NCBI RefSeq assembly: GCF_006345805.1
Contig: NC_043001.1
Span: 45,694,001-45,758,000 of the forward strand
DNA: 64,000 nt
Direction of reading: 5' to 3'
Source: Octopus sinensis
Lineage: Eukaryota
The number at the start of each line of letters is the position of its first letter. The stretch's first letter is position 1. The notes below the pieces were generated by a model. That model made no database searches. It had not been told where the DNA came from and saw only the letters and a list, made by a program, of their open reading frames with translations. The translations under genes and the position numbers were made by a program. Below, piece after piece: positions 12,701-23,263 of the stretch.

Positions 12701-15700
12701 CATAATGAGCTAATTCCCAACACCACATCTAATTCATAACTTTACACAACCAGGCAAACAAATTTCCACTATAGTTAGCAATCATTTTGGCTTCAATTTA
12801 ATATTGTATTATTGGAAAGTACAATTATTTCAGTTACCTATATTATCATCACACCAAGTCATGGTCGAGAACAACTGTTCAACTATGAAAAAATAAAATG
12901 CAGATTTTTCCTTCCATTTGATAGTACCTCCATGACCAACCAAAACGATTTCAAGTATTACAAAAGTTCTACCATACAATCTTCAACATCTCACATTCTT
13001 TACAGAATGTTATTTAGGTATAAATAAAATAATCAGAAAAATAAGCTGATAACAGGAAGCCTGCAAAATAATATTAACTGTAATTCAACAGCACAAAATG
13101 AACTGCATCAGTTAAAAACCAGGATGAAAAAATAGTTGAAAGAAAATTTCACATATGGCATAACTTTCCCAAATATCTATTTGAAAGTATATTTATGAAA
13201 AATGGAATCAACAATGAAATATTAAAATCTCAGCTAATTCCATTTGACATAGATCATGCTATGGAAAATTTACTGTCACGTCAATAAATTAACCTACCAC
13301 CAATTAAAGCAAAACTACATAACAGTATAAAATTCATATTTGAGAATTTAATAGCAACAGATCCAATAATTACAATCCTGTCTTTAACAGATGAGCAAAA
13401 TTGTCAGCAGTTCCAGTTGTAACTGCCATAACAAATAGTTAGACGCAGATTAAGACACTTAAAGAGTATTCAAAAGGCCTGCAAGTAAAACCTCTAAAGA
13501 TTAACAGAAAAAGTTACAAAAAACCCCTATATTGATTAGGAAGCATGTAGCAGTTGCCTTCATAATCAATTCGAAAATCTAAATGTTCCAATAAAAATGA
13601 CAGGATTTCAAAATTTTTCTTAGTTGCTTCATCTATTCTCTTTTCCCCACTTTTCAGTCTAACTCAGGACTTTCTAAACAATATCAAAATTTGGGCACTT
13701 TGTTTTTGCTCAGCATGTGAAAATTAAAAAAATTATCAATTCATATGAATGCATGTACAATATCTTTATTTCAATTTACTGCTTTTCAACAATGTATTTT
13801 TCATCATCATCATCATCATCATCATTTAGCGTCCGTTTTCCATGCTAGCATGGGTTGGACGGTTCAACTGGGGTCTGGGGAGCCCGAAGGCTGCACCAGG
13901 CCAGTCAGATCTGGCAGTGTTTCTACAGCTGGATGCCCTTCCTAACGCCAACCACTCCGAGAGTGTAGTGGGTGATTTTATGTGCCACCGACACAGGTGC
14001 CAGACGAGGCTGGCGAACGGCCACGCTCGGATGGTGTTTTTATGTGCCACCGACACAGGTGCCAGACGAAGCTGGCAGATGGCCACGCTTGGATGGTGTT
14101 TTTATGTGCCACCGACACAGGTGCCAGATGAGGCTGGCGGACGGCCACGATCGGATGGTGTTTGTTACGTCCCCAAAGCACGGAGGCCAGTCTATGCGGT
14201 ACTGGCTACGGCCACGTTCGGATGATTTTCTTGTGTGCCACCGGCACTGGTACCACAAAGATACAAATTCCATTGATGTTCATCTATTTGATTTATTTTG
14301 ATTTGATTTTCACTTGCCTCAACAGGTCTTCACAACTGAGATATATTTCCTTATAGCAATTTTTGCAATGGTATTACCAATGTCTACCATCGCCATGATT
14401 TTGTCTTGATTAATGCAGTTCATGAAATTGTCAAAACCAAAGAAAAGATGCTTTGCAGCAAAAGTTCTCAAAAGTTTCTTTTATAATTTAATAGATTCTA
14501 TATTTGAACCACCACCTTTAGTTCTTGATAGTTACAGGTGTTGAATAGTTTCCAAAATAATTTGTAACAATTCAAGAAAAAAAAAATGGAGTAACATCAA
14601 TGACAAGCACAACTGAAATTTCATTTATATTCAGTTATTGAAAATATCTCAATTCAAAGTTGTACAGTAAATACCTCACCAAATTATTCATTTTAAAGAT
14701 AGCAACAGCTATGCTCATGATGAAGAGAGATATTCCTATCAGGGATATTACTTCAAAATTATTGAGGTGTATAATTCAGACACTTGCTTTGCAACATGTT
14801 TTCAGATTCAAATCACACTATGTGAACTTTTGGGCAAGTGTTTTCTATAGTTCCAGTGAATTTAATAGATGGAAACTTCAGAAACCAGAAGATATTAATG
14901 TACACATACGTGTCCCCCTCATAGCTTGTTAACTAGCTTGGTTTATTGATATAATCCTAACTTAGTAGTTCAGCAATAAGAGCTAGAACAAATTCCAGAT
15001 TTCTAAGTATTAAGGTCAATTTGAGCAACTAGACCTTAAACAAATAGCCCAGCATAGCCACAGTCCAATGATAAAAAAGTTGTTCTATCTGGATTTTTTT
15101 AACTTCTGATACCACATTTAATCGAAATACACTTGTTTTAATTTGGAAAATCAAAAATTTTTTCGTATTTGGAACACTATTCTTCCAGAAAATTGTTTTT
15201 AACCCTTTCGATACTAACATTTAAAACGTGTCTGTAACATGGAACCAGAGGTTGGTGTGTATTGGTATCAAACAAACTAATCCCATATTTTGACTATTTG
15301 CCATGCAGACTTTTTCCCCCATGACAAAACACCATCTGTTTGGAATGATTTACTTTACAAGGAAAGGTAAAAAAAATTTTTATCTAAATATATTTTCTTA
15401 AATCAAAGAAACAGCTTTACTGTTTCCACCTGTACTTCTATAAGCTACATACAAAGATGCAGTAAGTCGATTTCAGTGATAAATTTAGCATGGAAGTAGT
15501 TTAAAGCTCAGTCTTCTATTCATCATAGTCCTGGGCCATAACAGGACTTTGAGGCTGTCTATGGGAACTCCTATATGCTGATAATCTAGTTCTCAATCTA
15601 TAGTGGAATCAGGAAATTCCAGGCATGGAAGCTAGGCCTAGGGATCAAGAAACCTTAAGACAAACTTAGCAAGGAAAGGTTTCAGTAAGTAGGAAAGAAA

Positions 15701-17502
15701 GGATTGGTGTCTTCTGGGAAATGACTGTTCAGTATATGAACAGCTGGGTTCCTTTCAATTTCTTCGAGCTATCTTACCTGCACCACCTATCCTTTTTCTG
15801 TCACCGACACTCTCCACCAGCCTAACTGCAGTCTTCTGTTGCTGTAATTAAATGTGATTAGAACTGCATGCTTCCCTAATACCACTGATCCTTCTCACTG
15901 TCTGGAACCACTTGATATCCATCTTTCATTAACACTGCCTTCTCCACCTACTTTTTACATTCATCTCTCTTCTGTGCCCCTTCACCCTTCATACATTTCT
16001 CATTCTTCCTATGCACTAAACTTGCCTCTCCCCTCACACTTTTGTAACTGACCCAAAACATCTCTTCCTCTCATCCATGTCTACTGTATTATAATTACTA
16101 TTTGGGGGCTCTTTGTTCCATAGTGTAGTCATCTACCGCCCTATCAACTCCCATATTGACACACTATAACCACTCTTCAAATCCTACCCAATCTCCAGTC
16201 ATCACCCACAATTTCCTATTCCTATAGCTGACAGATGATATTGTATATAACAATTTTACACATGAAACAGGATGCAACTCAAACCAGCAGTGAAACAAAG
16301 GAAACTGATGTCCAGCTATCACACTCAGCCTACTGGACAGTCACATTCTTATGGGCACTGAAACAGTATACCAATTGTCACAATACAATATCTGTCTTAT
16401 TTTTCAACCTTAGTGAACATTTTTATAACATTTATGCAGGACAAGCCTATGCTCTGCCAAGCAACAATAATTCATAACAATTAAGTCCATCCCATATCCT
16501 ACATTAATCATGGCATTAATTTCTCCACTACACTTTATTTCAATCCAATTATACCCTACCAAATACAGAACAAAATGTAAGCCTGCTTTCAATACTATTT
16601 ACAAATTACTATTTAGCTGATTTCATCAATTAACATCTGTTGTGCATTTAAAATTATAACCAATTAATAATCCCCATATACCCACACTGCTATGAGCCAC
16701 ATAACTAAATGCTCAGTGCTTTAATTCTATACATGCAGGGTTACACTTGGTAATTGATCAGCTATTCATGTAGGATTCACTGAAAGGTAGACATTTAACA
16801 ATTACAACTCCGTTAATTTTACTTCAACCCACCCGTACTGCTATCACATCAGCAATTACATTTTTTACTCATGTAACTTGAGTATATACCCACCACCATC
16901 ACATTTCTCCACCTTTCCCTACTACTTCTGAGGTGGCCTTTAATGCTTGAAACTTGTCCCTCAAACCTGTTCACCCATCGCAAAGTCACTTCCCACGATA
17001 CTACTCCCCGCTCAATTGGAGGGGTTCTTACGTTAGTTACTTGATCTAATCAGAGCTGGTGCCACGTAAAAAGCACCCAATACATACTATAGAGTAGTTA
17101 GCGTTAGAAAGGGCATCCACCCGAGCTTGGCGCAATCTTCTGACTTGTCAGCCTTCGTCATACCGTCCAATCCATGCCAGCATGGTAAACGGACGTTAAA
17201 AAAAAAGATTCCGTGAGCTGTCCACTACTCTGTACACAATGCAAGCATAAATATAAAGACCATAAGGAACAAAAAAATGCACAGATCTTACCAGTACGAC
17301 TAAAATGCATCACTAAATACTCACCGGCTTCAGTACTTTCCTCCATCGGCGTCTCTTCATTGGTCTGGGCAACGTCGTTTTGTTCTTCATTTGCTTCAGC
17401 ATCATCTTGAGGCATCTCACCGGAATACGCCTCAGACTGGTTCGCTGTATCTTCCCCACAGTCACCAACATACATATCGTCAGTGGTTTCTTCACAAGAC
17501 AT
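729..17502 (-). CDS. Two-RRM RNA-binding protein (nucleolin-like RRMs, acidic N-terminus, G/Y/N/Q-rich hnRNP-like tail), 397 aa, 12 coding exons
   Basis: join(17325-17502,12553-12612,12323-12467,11146-11252,10904-10933,9484-9613,7399-7520,6840-6926,4678-4748,4197-4273,3583-3716,729-781) on the minus strand. All introns GT-AG, phases match, 1194 nt = 397 aa + TAA. RNP1-like KGFMRMKF and QGYAMVEC, RNP2 LYVNNI. Orthology not recognised. Confidence 0.88.
1276..1309 (-). CDS. Candidate 34-nt cassette exon (DNKRRRQNRTSW) of the RRM gene
   Basis: Long polypyrimidine tract ctctttccatctcatcttcttttataacag and donor CTG|gtaaaa; open in the incoming phase-1 frame. Confidence 0.5.
1746..1963 (+). mobile_element. 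piggyBac-type MITE (218 bp)
   Basis: TTAA target duplication on both sides; TIRs ccctttcgttac...gtaacgaaaggg. Confidence 0.9.
2102..3383 (-). mobile_element. piggyBac internal-deletion derivative (1.28 kb) with transposase core remnant
   Basis: TTAA TSDs and the same TIRs. Minus strand ~2560-2760 reads GFKVWETCEANTG..(frameshift)..YTGKNNVSQHGLGNDVVWNLSLPFHNQGRILFFD, a degenerate piggyBac DDD core. Confidence 0.85.
3583..3716 (-). CDS. RRM gene exon 11 (QQLLNPNQMGGQYGNQSWG...GYGNDSMNY, low complexity)
   Basis: ttattccag acceptor, ATG|gtaatt donor, 134 nt. Confidence 0.88.
4197..4273 (-). CDS. RRM gene exon 10 (PGQFIQGGRMDRGNRRHLIDGGNNN)
   Basis: gattttag acceptor, CTG|gttagt donor, 77 nt. 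Confidence 0.85.
4678..4748 (-). CDS. RRM gene exon 9 (KRLQQVQQRQQRWSPERRPGRRG)
   Basis: ctttttcag acceptor, GGA|gtaagt donor, 71 nt. Confidence 0.85.
5529..6559 (+). mobile_element. piggyBac internal-deletion derivative (1.03 kb) with transposase N-terminal remnant
   Basis: TTAA TSDs and the same TIRs. Acidic N-terminus, then WSENLK..DFSEETGP..ALDYF..FEIITVETNRYAE..WFPTT..EIK (ORF 5942-6190). Confidence 0.88.
6591..6808 (+). mobile_element. tRNA-derived SINE family A
   Basis: ggcagaatcattag A-box-like head, B-box-like gagctcaaattccgcc, body gtcgactttgcctt, tail aaagaaata. Confidence 0.85.
6840..6926 (-). CDS. RRM gene exon 8 (basic linker DKKSKYQ...RRKNQSKK)
   Basis: ctcttaacag acceptor, AAG|gtatgt donor, 87 nt, phase 1-1. 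Confidence 0.85.
7399..7520 (-). CDS. RRM gene exon 7 (YAMVECRNRQDAENIIAENKDLQIKDNTLTFDL...)
   Basis: ctatttag acceptor, AAG|gtaagc donor; RNP1-like and RRM C-half. Confidence 0.92.
9484..9613 (-). CDS. RRM gene exon 6 (RRM2 N-half, SLYVNNIPQGVTVEELQALFPSA...)
   Basis: caatttcag acceptor, GG|gtaatt donor; RNP2 motif. Confidence 0.92.
10904..10933 (-). CDS. RRM gene exon 5, 30-nt inter-RRM linker (GKAGKDGERR)
   Basis: ctttcttag acceptor, GAG|gtaggt donor, phase 1-1, purine-rich. Confidence 0.75.
11146..11252 (-). CDS. RRM gene exon 4 (FMRMKFASEAEAEAVFNKLPKEINGKPFVRDPAEE)
   Basis: ctttgtag acceptor, AAG|gtaatt donor; RNP1 plus helix typical of nucleolin-type RRMs. Confidence 0.9.
12323..12467 (-). 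CDS. RRM gene exon 3 (RRM1 N-half, RPYPNMFTISRL...GNRKG)
   Basis: catttttag acceptor, GG|gtatgt donor, 145 nt, open frame. Confidence 0.85.
12553..12612 (-). CDS. RRM gene exon 2 (DKADGDKAKTEEEDENTLNL)
   Basis: ctctttcag acceptor, A|gtgagt donor, 60 nt, phase 1-1. Confidence 0.85.
13800..14340 (-). mobile_element. RTE LINE 3'UTR / RTE-derived SINE with three 62-bp tandem units
   Basis: Reverse complement of the 48950-49305 3'UTR; (CAT)n tail at ~13800-13825; unit starts 13980, 14042, 14104. Confidence 0.88.
15545..15700 (+). mobile_element. RTE RT fragment
   Basis: GCLWELLYADNLVL (YADD motif region), then degraded. Confidence 0.6.
17040..17200 (+). mobile_element. RTE 3'UTR-type SINE fragment
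   Basis: gccacgtaaaaagcaccc..gaaagggcatcc..ccatgccagcatgg..ggacgttaaa. Confidence 0.75.
17325..17502 (-). CDS. RRM gene coding exon 1 (MSCEETTDD...EESTEA, acidic)
   Basis: ATG at 17502, donor CCG|gtgagt. An acceptor-like ttttaattttag lies 10 nt upstream of the ATG (exon start 17512), suggesting an upstream 5'UTR exon. Confidence 0.8.
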
Positions 17503-17539
17503 ATCGGACAGCCTAAAATTAAAATTTACCATATAGCCT

Positions 17540-18360
17540 TATATACTCGGGCAGTTACACATAGAAACAGATAATTTTAAAGCCGACCACGTGAAAAGAC
17601 ACGCGTGAGTGTGCACACATGAGAACGTAAAAGAAATATCAAATTCATCTAACAGAAAGCTCCAGAAAATAGTTTAAAATGTGTCAGATGTACTTATGAG
17701 TAATGTATGTAATGAGAAACGTGATAACTTAGATAAAGCACAGACATTAGAATTACACTCAGGCTGAGATAGAAAAAAATTCATCTACTCAAAACATGGC
17801 CGACTTCAAATTAAGATAGATATTAAAAAAAGTAAATTACATTTCATAAAAAGATTTTATATACAAAGAAAGAAGGTTCAGTTATGAAACAAAAAAAAAA
17901 TTTGGGTTGTGGGGGGGGGGCTAAATGTACGAGTGGCTCTCGAAAATGTAATGGCTTTAACGAAGCCGTTTCGGTATTAAACCATTGTTTAAAAAAAACT
18001 GGAGACAAAAAGAAACAGTATTGTTATTCAGTAACTTTTGCTAAATAAAATTTAATTGAAAGGTTAGATTTCTATTGAGAGAAGCATAGAGAAAATAATG
18101 AAATGGAAAATGGCGGTACACAAGGACGGCGTGGTTTCACATGAAAAACGGTTAAAACCAACGAAAACGACCAACACGGATGGTTTAAAATAAACAGTTG
18201 GAAAAGAAATTGTAATTTTTTCCACGCTTATTTTTCACCAAACGCAATCAATAAGTTGGAGAATGAATTTAAATATTAAAGAAATCGGATTTTTAAACGT
18301 CCTTTTTCAAATAAGCAGTCACTTCCGTATAGTACACTTTTTAAGTACGAAGAAAAGAAA
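17540..18360. promoter_or_regulatory. Probable promoter / 5' region of the RRM gene
   Basis: Local CpG enrichment in a CpG-poor background just upstream of the first coding exon. YY1-like AAAATGGCGG (18107-18116) and AACATGGCCG (17793-17802); ETS-like CACTTCCG (18320-18327). TSS not determinable. Confidence 0.55.
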
Positions 18361-18914
18361 AAAAGATACGAAGCCAGTCTAAAGTGATTAAGTCTTGAAA
18401 CTAGAGTATAATATCTTCAAAATATAAAAAAACCATTCAATCTAAGGATATAAAACTGTATGAATATATATATATACAAACATACATACACGAAGTGGGG
18501 GAAACTGACCCTCGTGTGCCTTTCCTAGTTTTTAAACCAGGCCATCTATATTTTGTAGCCTGTTCAACTAATGTAGAGTAAAAGATAGTAGTATAACTCT
18601 TTTTTTTAAATATATATAGTTTTGAAAAGTGAGAAAAAGTAAAAACAATAGGATGGGAAGGGAAATTTAAATATAAACTTTTTATACACTAATCTTTTTT
18701 TTCCCCATATAACATTTTATTCCTACTGTACGAGTGTGCGTGTGTGTATGTAATATGTATACATATATATATAGGCTATATATCGGCGGATTTCATTACA
18801 TTTTTTTCTTCTGAATTTTTTGACCTGTTTGAACAAATGATATAATTCATAACAGGTTCGTTACATTTCCTTACTGAGCTTAGAAAGGCTCAAATGTTTT
18901 ATAACATACATGTG

Positions 18915-20900
18915 ATACTTTTCTAGGAATATATGTCGGTGTTTGGTTCAAGGTGTTATACACTTGGTAGACCTGTAAGTATACATGCACAAATAGCAAA
19001 CCCATCGTCAACTGAGATTTTGATACATGCAGTCAAAATGAAGTAAATTTATGAGAAAATTAATTAGAAAAACACGGCCTAGAAGCAGTTTTTCAGATGC
19101 GTGTGTTACCATTATCACTACCACAAACACACCCTAAATTCAAAATGGCCAGCCTAGCAGTCATTCCACATGATGAAGACACCGGTGGTGTGTGTGTCTG
19201 TGTGTGTATAAATTATTCCAAGTCAAAACTATGTGATTAAATAAAAATACCATATTTACTTTAAAAATTATACAATTCATTAAAATTTATAGAGCTGTGG
19301 GACGAATTTATTAAATAAAGAAGAAAAATTGAGTTGTTCGTGTGTCGCAAGGACACAACATGGATACGAATTCATATTTAAGCCAATATTTTCACTTTTA
19401 CTGTCTAAATGTTAAAATTAATACAAAACCTCAAATCGTTTTACTAACTGAAACAAAAGAAATATATATTCATCTTTAACTTGTAATACATTTTATATAG
19501 CCTAGTTTCTTTAAAAAACAAAACTAGGCAAAATCTTTTGATAGAAAAAAGATTACTTCGTAAATTGCTGTTTAAAAATATAGATGTTATAAGAGAATAC
19601 AAGTACAAAAAGAGATCTTTTCTATGATAAGCGATAATTTTAGGGGAGGGAAAATTTTTTTTAAAAACCCAACACTAAGTAGACGAAGGTTTCTTTTTAG
19701 GATTAAAATATATTATAGTAAAATAACATGAAATAAAATGTCAAAAAATATACTGATACTACATGAAAAGGAAAGAAAAAAAGGAATATTAATGCTAACC
19801 TGTAATAACCTGTCAGTAATACTTTAAAATGGAAAAAGGAATAAATATATAAGATTGCCCTTGGAAATGAAACGTGACTAGAGAGAAAGAGTGTGAGTGA
19901 AGAAGGAGTAAAAAGATTATATAAGTGGGCTGTGAGAGTATGAGTGGAGGTAAGAGAGAATGACCGGCCTATAGAGACGGACGATGTGCGCAGAATCTAT
20001 ACTTATCCAATCGCCGGCCGACAATAAATTAAACAGGAAATATTCTTTCATGAATATGTATATAATGAAACCAAGGAATTGAGGAAAGTAGTAAATATTC
20101 TGCGTCGGAAAAAGAGTGATACGAGTAATTCAAAGTTTAATAAAATATTTTATATGCCGAGAGGAAGAAGAGAAGTCTTACATATATATATATATATATA
20201 TATATATGTGTATGTTTCAAAATAATTATATTTTTAGTTTGTAGGTTCAGTGGTCATGGCCTTTGCGTGTTCTCGCAAACCGATATTGATGTCAAACGTT
20301 GTAATCCTCGATGAGGTGTGATCATGTTTTATTTTTATTGATATAAGCAATACTTGGGTGGGGGTGTCTTTTCTAGTCATAGAGACACGACTGGCATGAC
20401 TCCACTATAGGATGCTTATGCGATTTCTGTTAGAGTGAATACAGGGTATCAGGAAGGGTTTAGGTCGCATATGGATGGAGCCTGGCTGTGTAAACGAAAA
20501 AAAAAATGGAAGATAAGTATAATCTATGCAAACAGCAAGTAGGTCATTGGTGCAAGAGATGACAGTGTGTAAGCTTGAGTGAACTCCGGCACAGGCTGTG
20601 ATAGAATGATCTGATAGAAAGCTGATCCAAGAGATGGATGAAACCCACAGGTAGGCATGAAAGAAGACAGTCAAGTTTTGCTGATAATGAGGGTAACGAC
20701 ATTGCTTTTACCAACTCCCTTCGTAACAAGAGCACATTAATATATGAAAAACGTTTCCTGAAGGGATGGATTTTGGGAAGCTGCAATGGTGATTATTCAG
20801 GAGAGTGATTCAGGGTGTTGGAAAATATTATTTGCTGTATCCATTACCTTTGAGAGAGGAGTGTAATAGGTAAATAGCTAGCAGGGTCAGAGAATTGCAT
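18915..20900 (+). repeat. Duplicated block A (direct repeat of 36680-39540)
   Basis: Colinear shared motifs, shared (TA)n position and shared LINE remnant junction. Confidence 0.85.
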
Positions 20901-21290
20901 TCTTGGGAGAATGAGGCATGTATATTTCCAAAAATTGCCATACATCACTATAAGAGAGTTTGATGAGGATAGGGACTAGCTCTGAAGTGTCCATCCCCTC
21001 CTCACCATGGTGGGGACGCTGGCAACGGGTAGTGTCAGAGCTATGCCGTCGGGAACTTCGGTTCCTGGTAGGGCCACCCAAAGCGGATTGGTCTGACACC
21101 GAGTGGTATTAGGGCCACAACTCGGCAGACGGGGCTCTTGTGAAAATCCTCGGTCATTCTGTCCCTGCATCTGCGACAAACAGGATGTCTCTACATGCAG
21201 GATTGTTGGGGATCGCTTGTGAAATTCATATCCCCATGAAACTTCTTCCACCGCCATGGTTCAAGATGCCTCGAGGGTGGTAGAAGAAGC
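20245..21290 (-). mobile_element. Degenerate CR1/L2-type LINE RT remnant
   Basis: Minus-strand motifs DPASYLPITLLS, WISFLSDHSI, AGVHSS (degenerate GVPQGS), HDHTSSRI. Confidence 0.65.
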
Positions 21291-21561
21291 CGACTCAACC
21301 TGCCCAGGGTGAATGTTGCCACAAGTACAAGTAGTAAGTAATAGAAGGGACAGTGTCAGTGCTGGTGGTCTTGATAGTTTGAAGCCACTGGAGGTTGCAA
21401 ATAAATATCAGTGGCATTCATTTCCAATGTTCTGCAAAAAGATGTCTGGTCATGAGCAAATATTACTTTACTTGGAAACAGGTGAAGAGAAAATCTGCCT
21501 TGATAAACTTCATCTGACCTGTGCAGGTATGGAAAAGCGGACATTAAAATGATGTTTATAT

Positions 21562-22300
21562 CTATATATATAAAAGAGGCTTTGGGTCAAAATTATGTGT
21601 CCATTTTGCTACGTCAGAGGTTGACAGCCAGACCAATGTTTGGATCGAGCTGAAAATTGACACAGGCATAGAAGGCGTGATGAGGCAGAGAGTTGAGTAT
21701 ATTAAAACTCACCATCTGGAAAGATGCGGTTGCTATGGTGAGAAGAGTGATTTTTTATCAATTCAAGGGGGCTCTAAGCCCTTCCAGATTGGTGCGATTG
21801 GCATCTAATCTAATCTATAAAATGAAGAAGGCGAACATTGATACAAATTGGATTTTTATATAAAAAGGGGTCTAAATGGGGCTGGAAGGGTTTTAAAATT
21901 TACAGGGGGGGGTAACTTGAGGTGAGAAATTGATTGGGAGAGACGTTTTGGGGCACTACAGTGGTTGCTTTGCAGTGAAAATGGGGATTTTATTGATTTT
22001 TCGGGACACTTGGGGGGTCTAGATTGGACACCTTTTGCCCGATTTCAATCAAATTTTCAACATGGTAAAGTGGAAGCGGATTTGTAATTTAAGTGCAGAA
22101 AATGGGTTTGAAATTTTGAAAATTGAGGCAAGATTTTTGAAGTTGAAAAAATTTCTCATTTTTACGTATTTTTGCCTTTTATTTTTTGTTGTTTACAGTT
22201 TTCATTTTTTCTGAAAGAAATTTACAGCTGCATGTAGCCCGTGTTTAAAGCATTCATTTACATGGTCAATCGTCGAAAAATTCCCAAAATAAGTACTAAA
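21562..22300 (+). mobile_element. Helitron-like non-autonomous fragment
   Basis: Starts atctatatatataaaa followed by a typical conserved 5' block; no clear 3' hairpin/CTAG. Confidence 0.4.
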
Positions 22301-22617
22301 TTTAACCAAGAAATCCTTTTTTTTCTTATTTTTAATTGCTCAAATAGTGGCACATACAAAAGGCAAGTGTGCTTTCTGTTGTCACTGCCTGATATTTATG
22401 ATTGATCTTTCAAAATATTTTGCTTTCTCAACTTACTCAAGATCTTTTGTTTTTTATAAATGGGAGAGAGATAGAGAGTAAGAGAAAGCGAGGGAGAGTC
22501 TGAGAGAAAGGAAGAGTAAGAGAGTGAGAAAGTGAGAGAGAAACAAAGAGGGAGAATGTGGCGATAAGAAATAGAAAGAAAGCAACAGAAAGTAATAGCC
22601 ACACCATCACCAGTGCG

Positions 22618-22841
22618 TAGGTGGCGAGCTGGCAGAAACGTTAGCACGCCGGCCAAATGCTTAGCAGTATTTCGTCTGCTGTTACGTTCTGAGTTCAAAT
22701 TCCGCCGAGGTCGACTTTGCCTTTCATCTTTTCGGGGTCGATAAATTAAGTACCAGTTACACACTGGGGTCGATATAATTGACTTAATCCGTTTGTCTGT
22801 CCTCTCTGTGTTTAGCCCCTTGTGAGTAGTAAAGAAATAGA
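22618..22841 (+). mobile_element. SINE family A, young copy
   Basis: Full length, CpGs retained, gagttcaaattcc B-box. Confidence 0.9.
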
Positions 22842-23197
22842 TATTCTTAGGATCCTTGCCTTTGCTCTGTTTCTCTTTCACGTTCCCTTCCACTCATACT
22901 TGTCCTAATAATGTGGTATATTCTTGGACCCCACAACTCACCTTATCAGCTCTACTCCTCTCTCTCTTTCTCACAAAAACCTGACACTAGTATTCCCTGG
23001 CCTATTTGTACTCCTAACCCCAATAATGTATTATTAGTCACTCTCTCCACTACTACCTTCCTCACAACTGTTCCTCTATTCATACTTCTTTCTGAACACC
23101 CCTTCTAGAATCATCACACCCTCTCTTCTGCAATCTTCTTCAGCATAAGGTCCCCTTTAATTGCATTCTTTACTCTGGAAAGTTACAAAGAAACTTC

Positions 23198-23263
23198 AGT
23201 GTTATATTGGTGCTATGATAAAAAACATATAGTGTTATATTGGTGCTATGATAAAAAACATAT
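23198..23263 (+). repeat. Perfect 33-bp tandem duplication
   Basis: agtgttatattggtgctatgataaaaaacatat x2. Confidence 0.95.

Noticed and set aside
17158-17532. 124-aa ORF starting MVNFNFRLSD as a single-exon gene
   Set aside because: It is coding exon 1 of the RRM gene read through its donor; the upstream ATG lies in an acceptor-like tract, though a 10-aa extension cannot be fully excluded
18110-18193. Short plus-strand ORF MAVHKDGVVS... overlapping the YY1-like motif
   Set aside because: 27 codons, no good donor, explained by the promoter motif
20245-20315. Plus-strand exon-like segment with ATG (MAFACSRKPILMSNVVILDE) suggesting a head-to-head gene
   Set aside because: It is the antisense of the CR1/L2 remnant (HDHTSSRI, matching HNHTSLRI in block B), and no downstream plus-strand exons were found
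22618-22720. tRNA-like A/B boxes at SINE heads
   Set aside because: No complete cloverleaf; they continue into SINE bodies present in many copies
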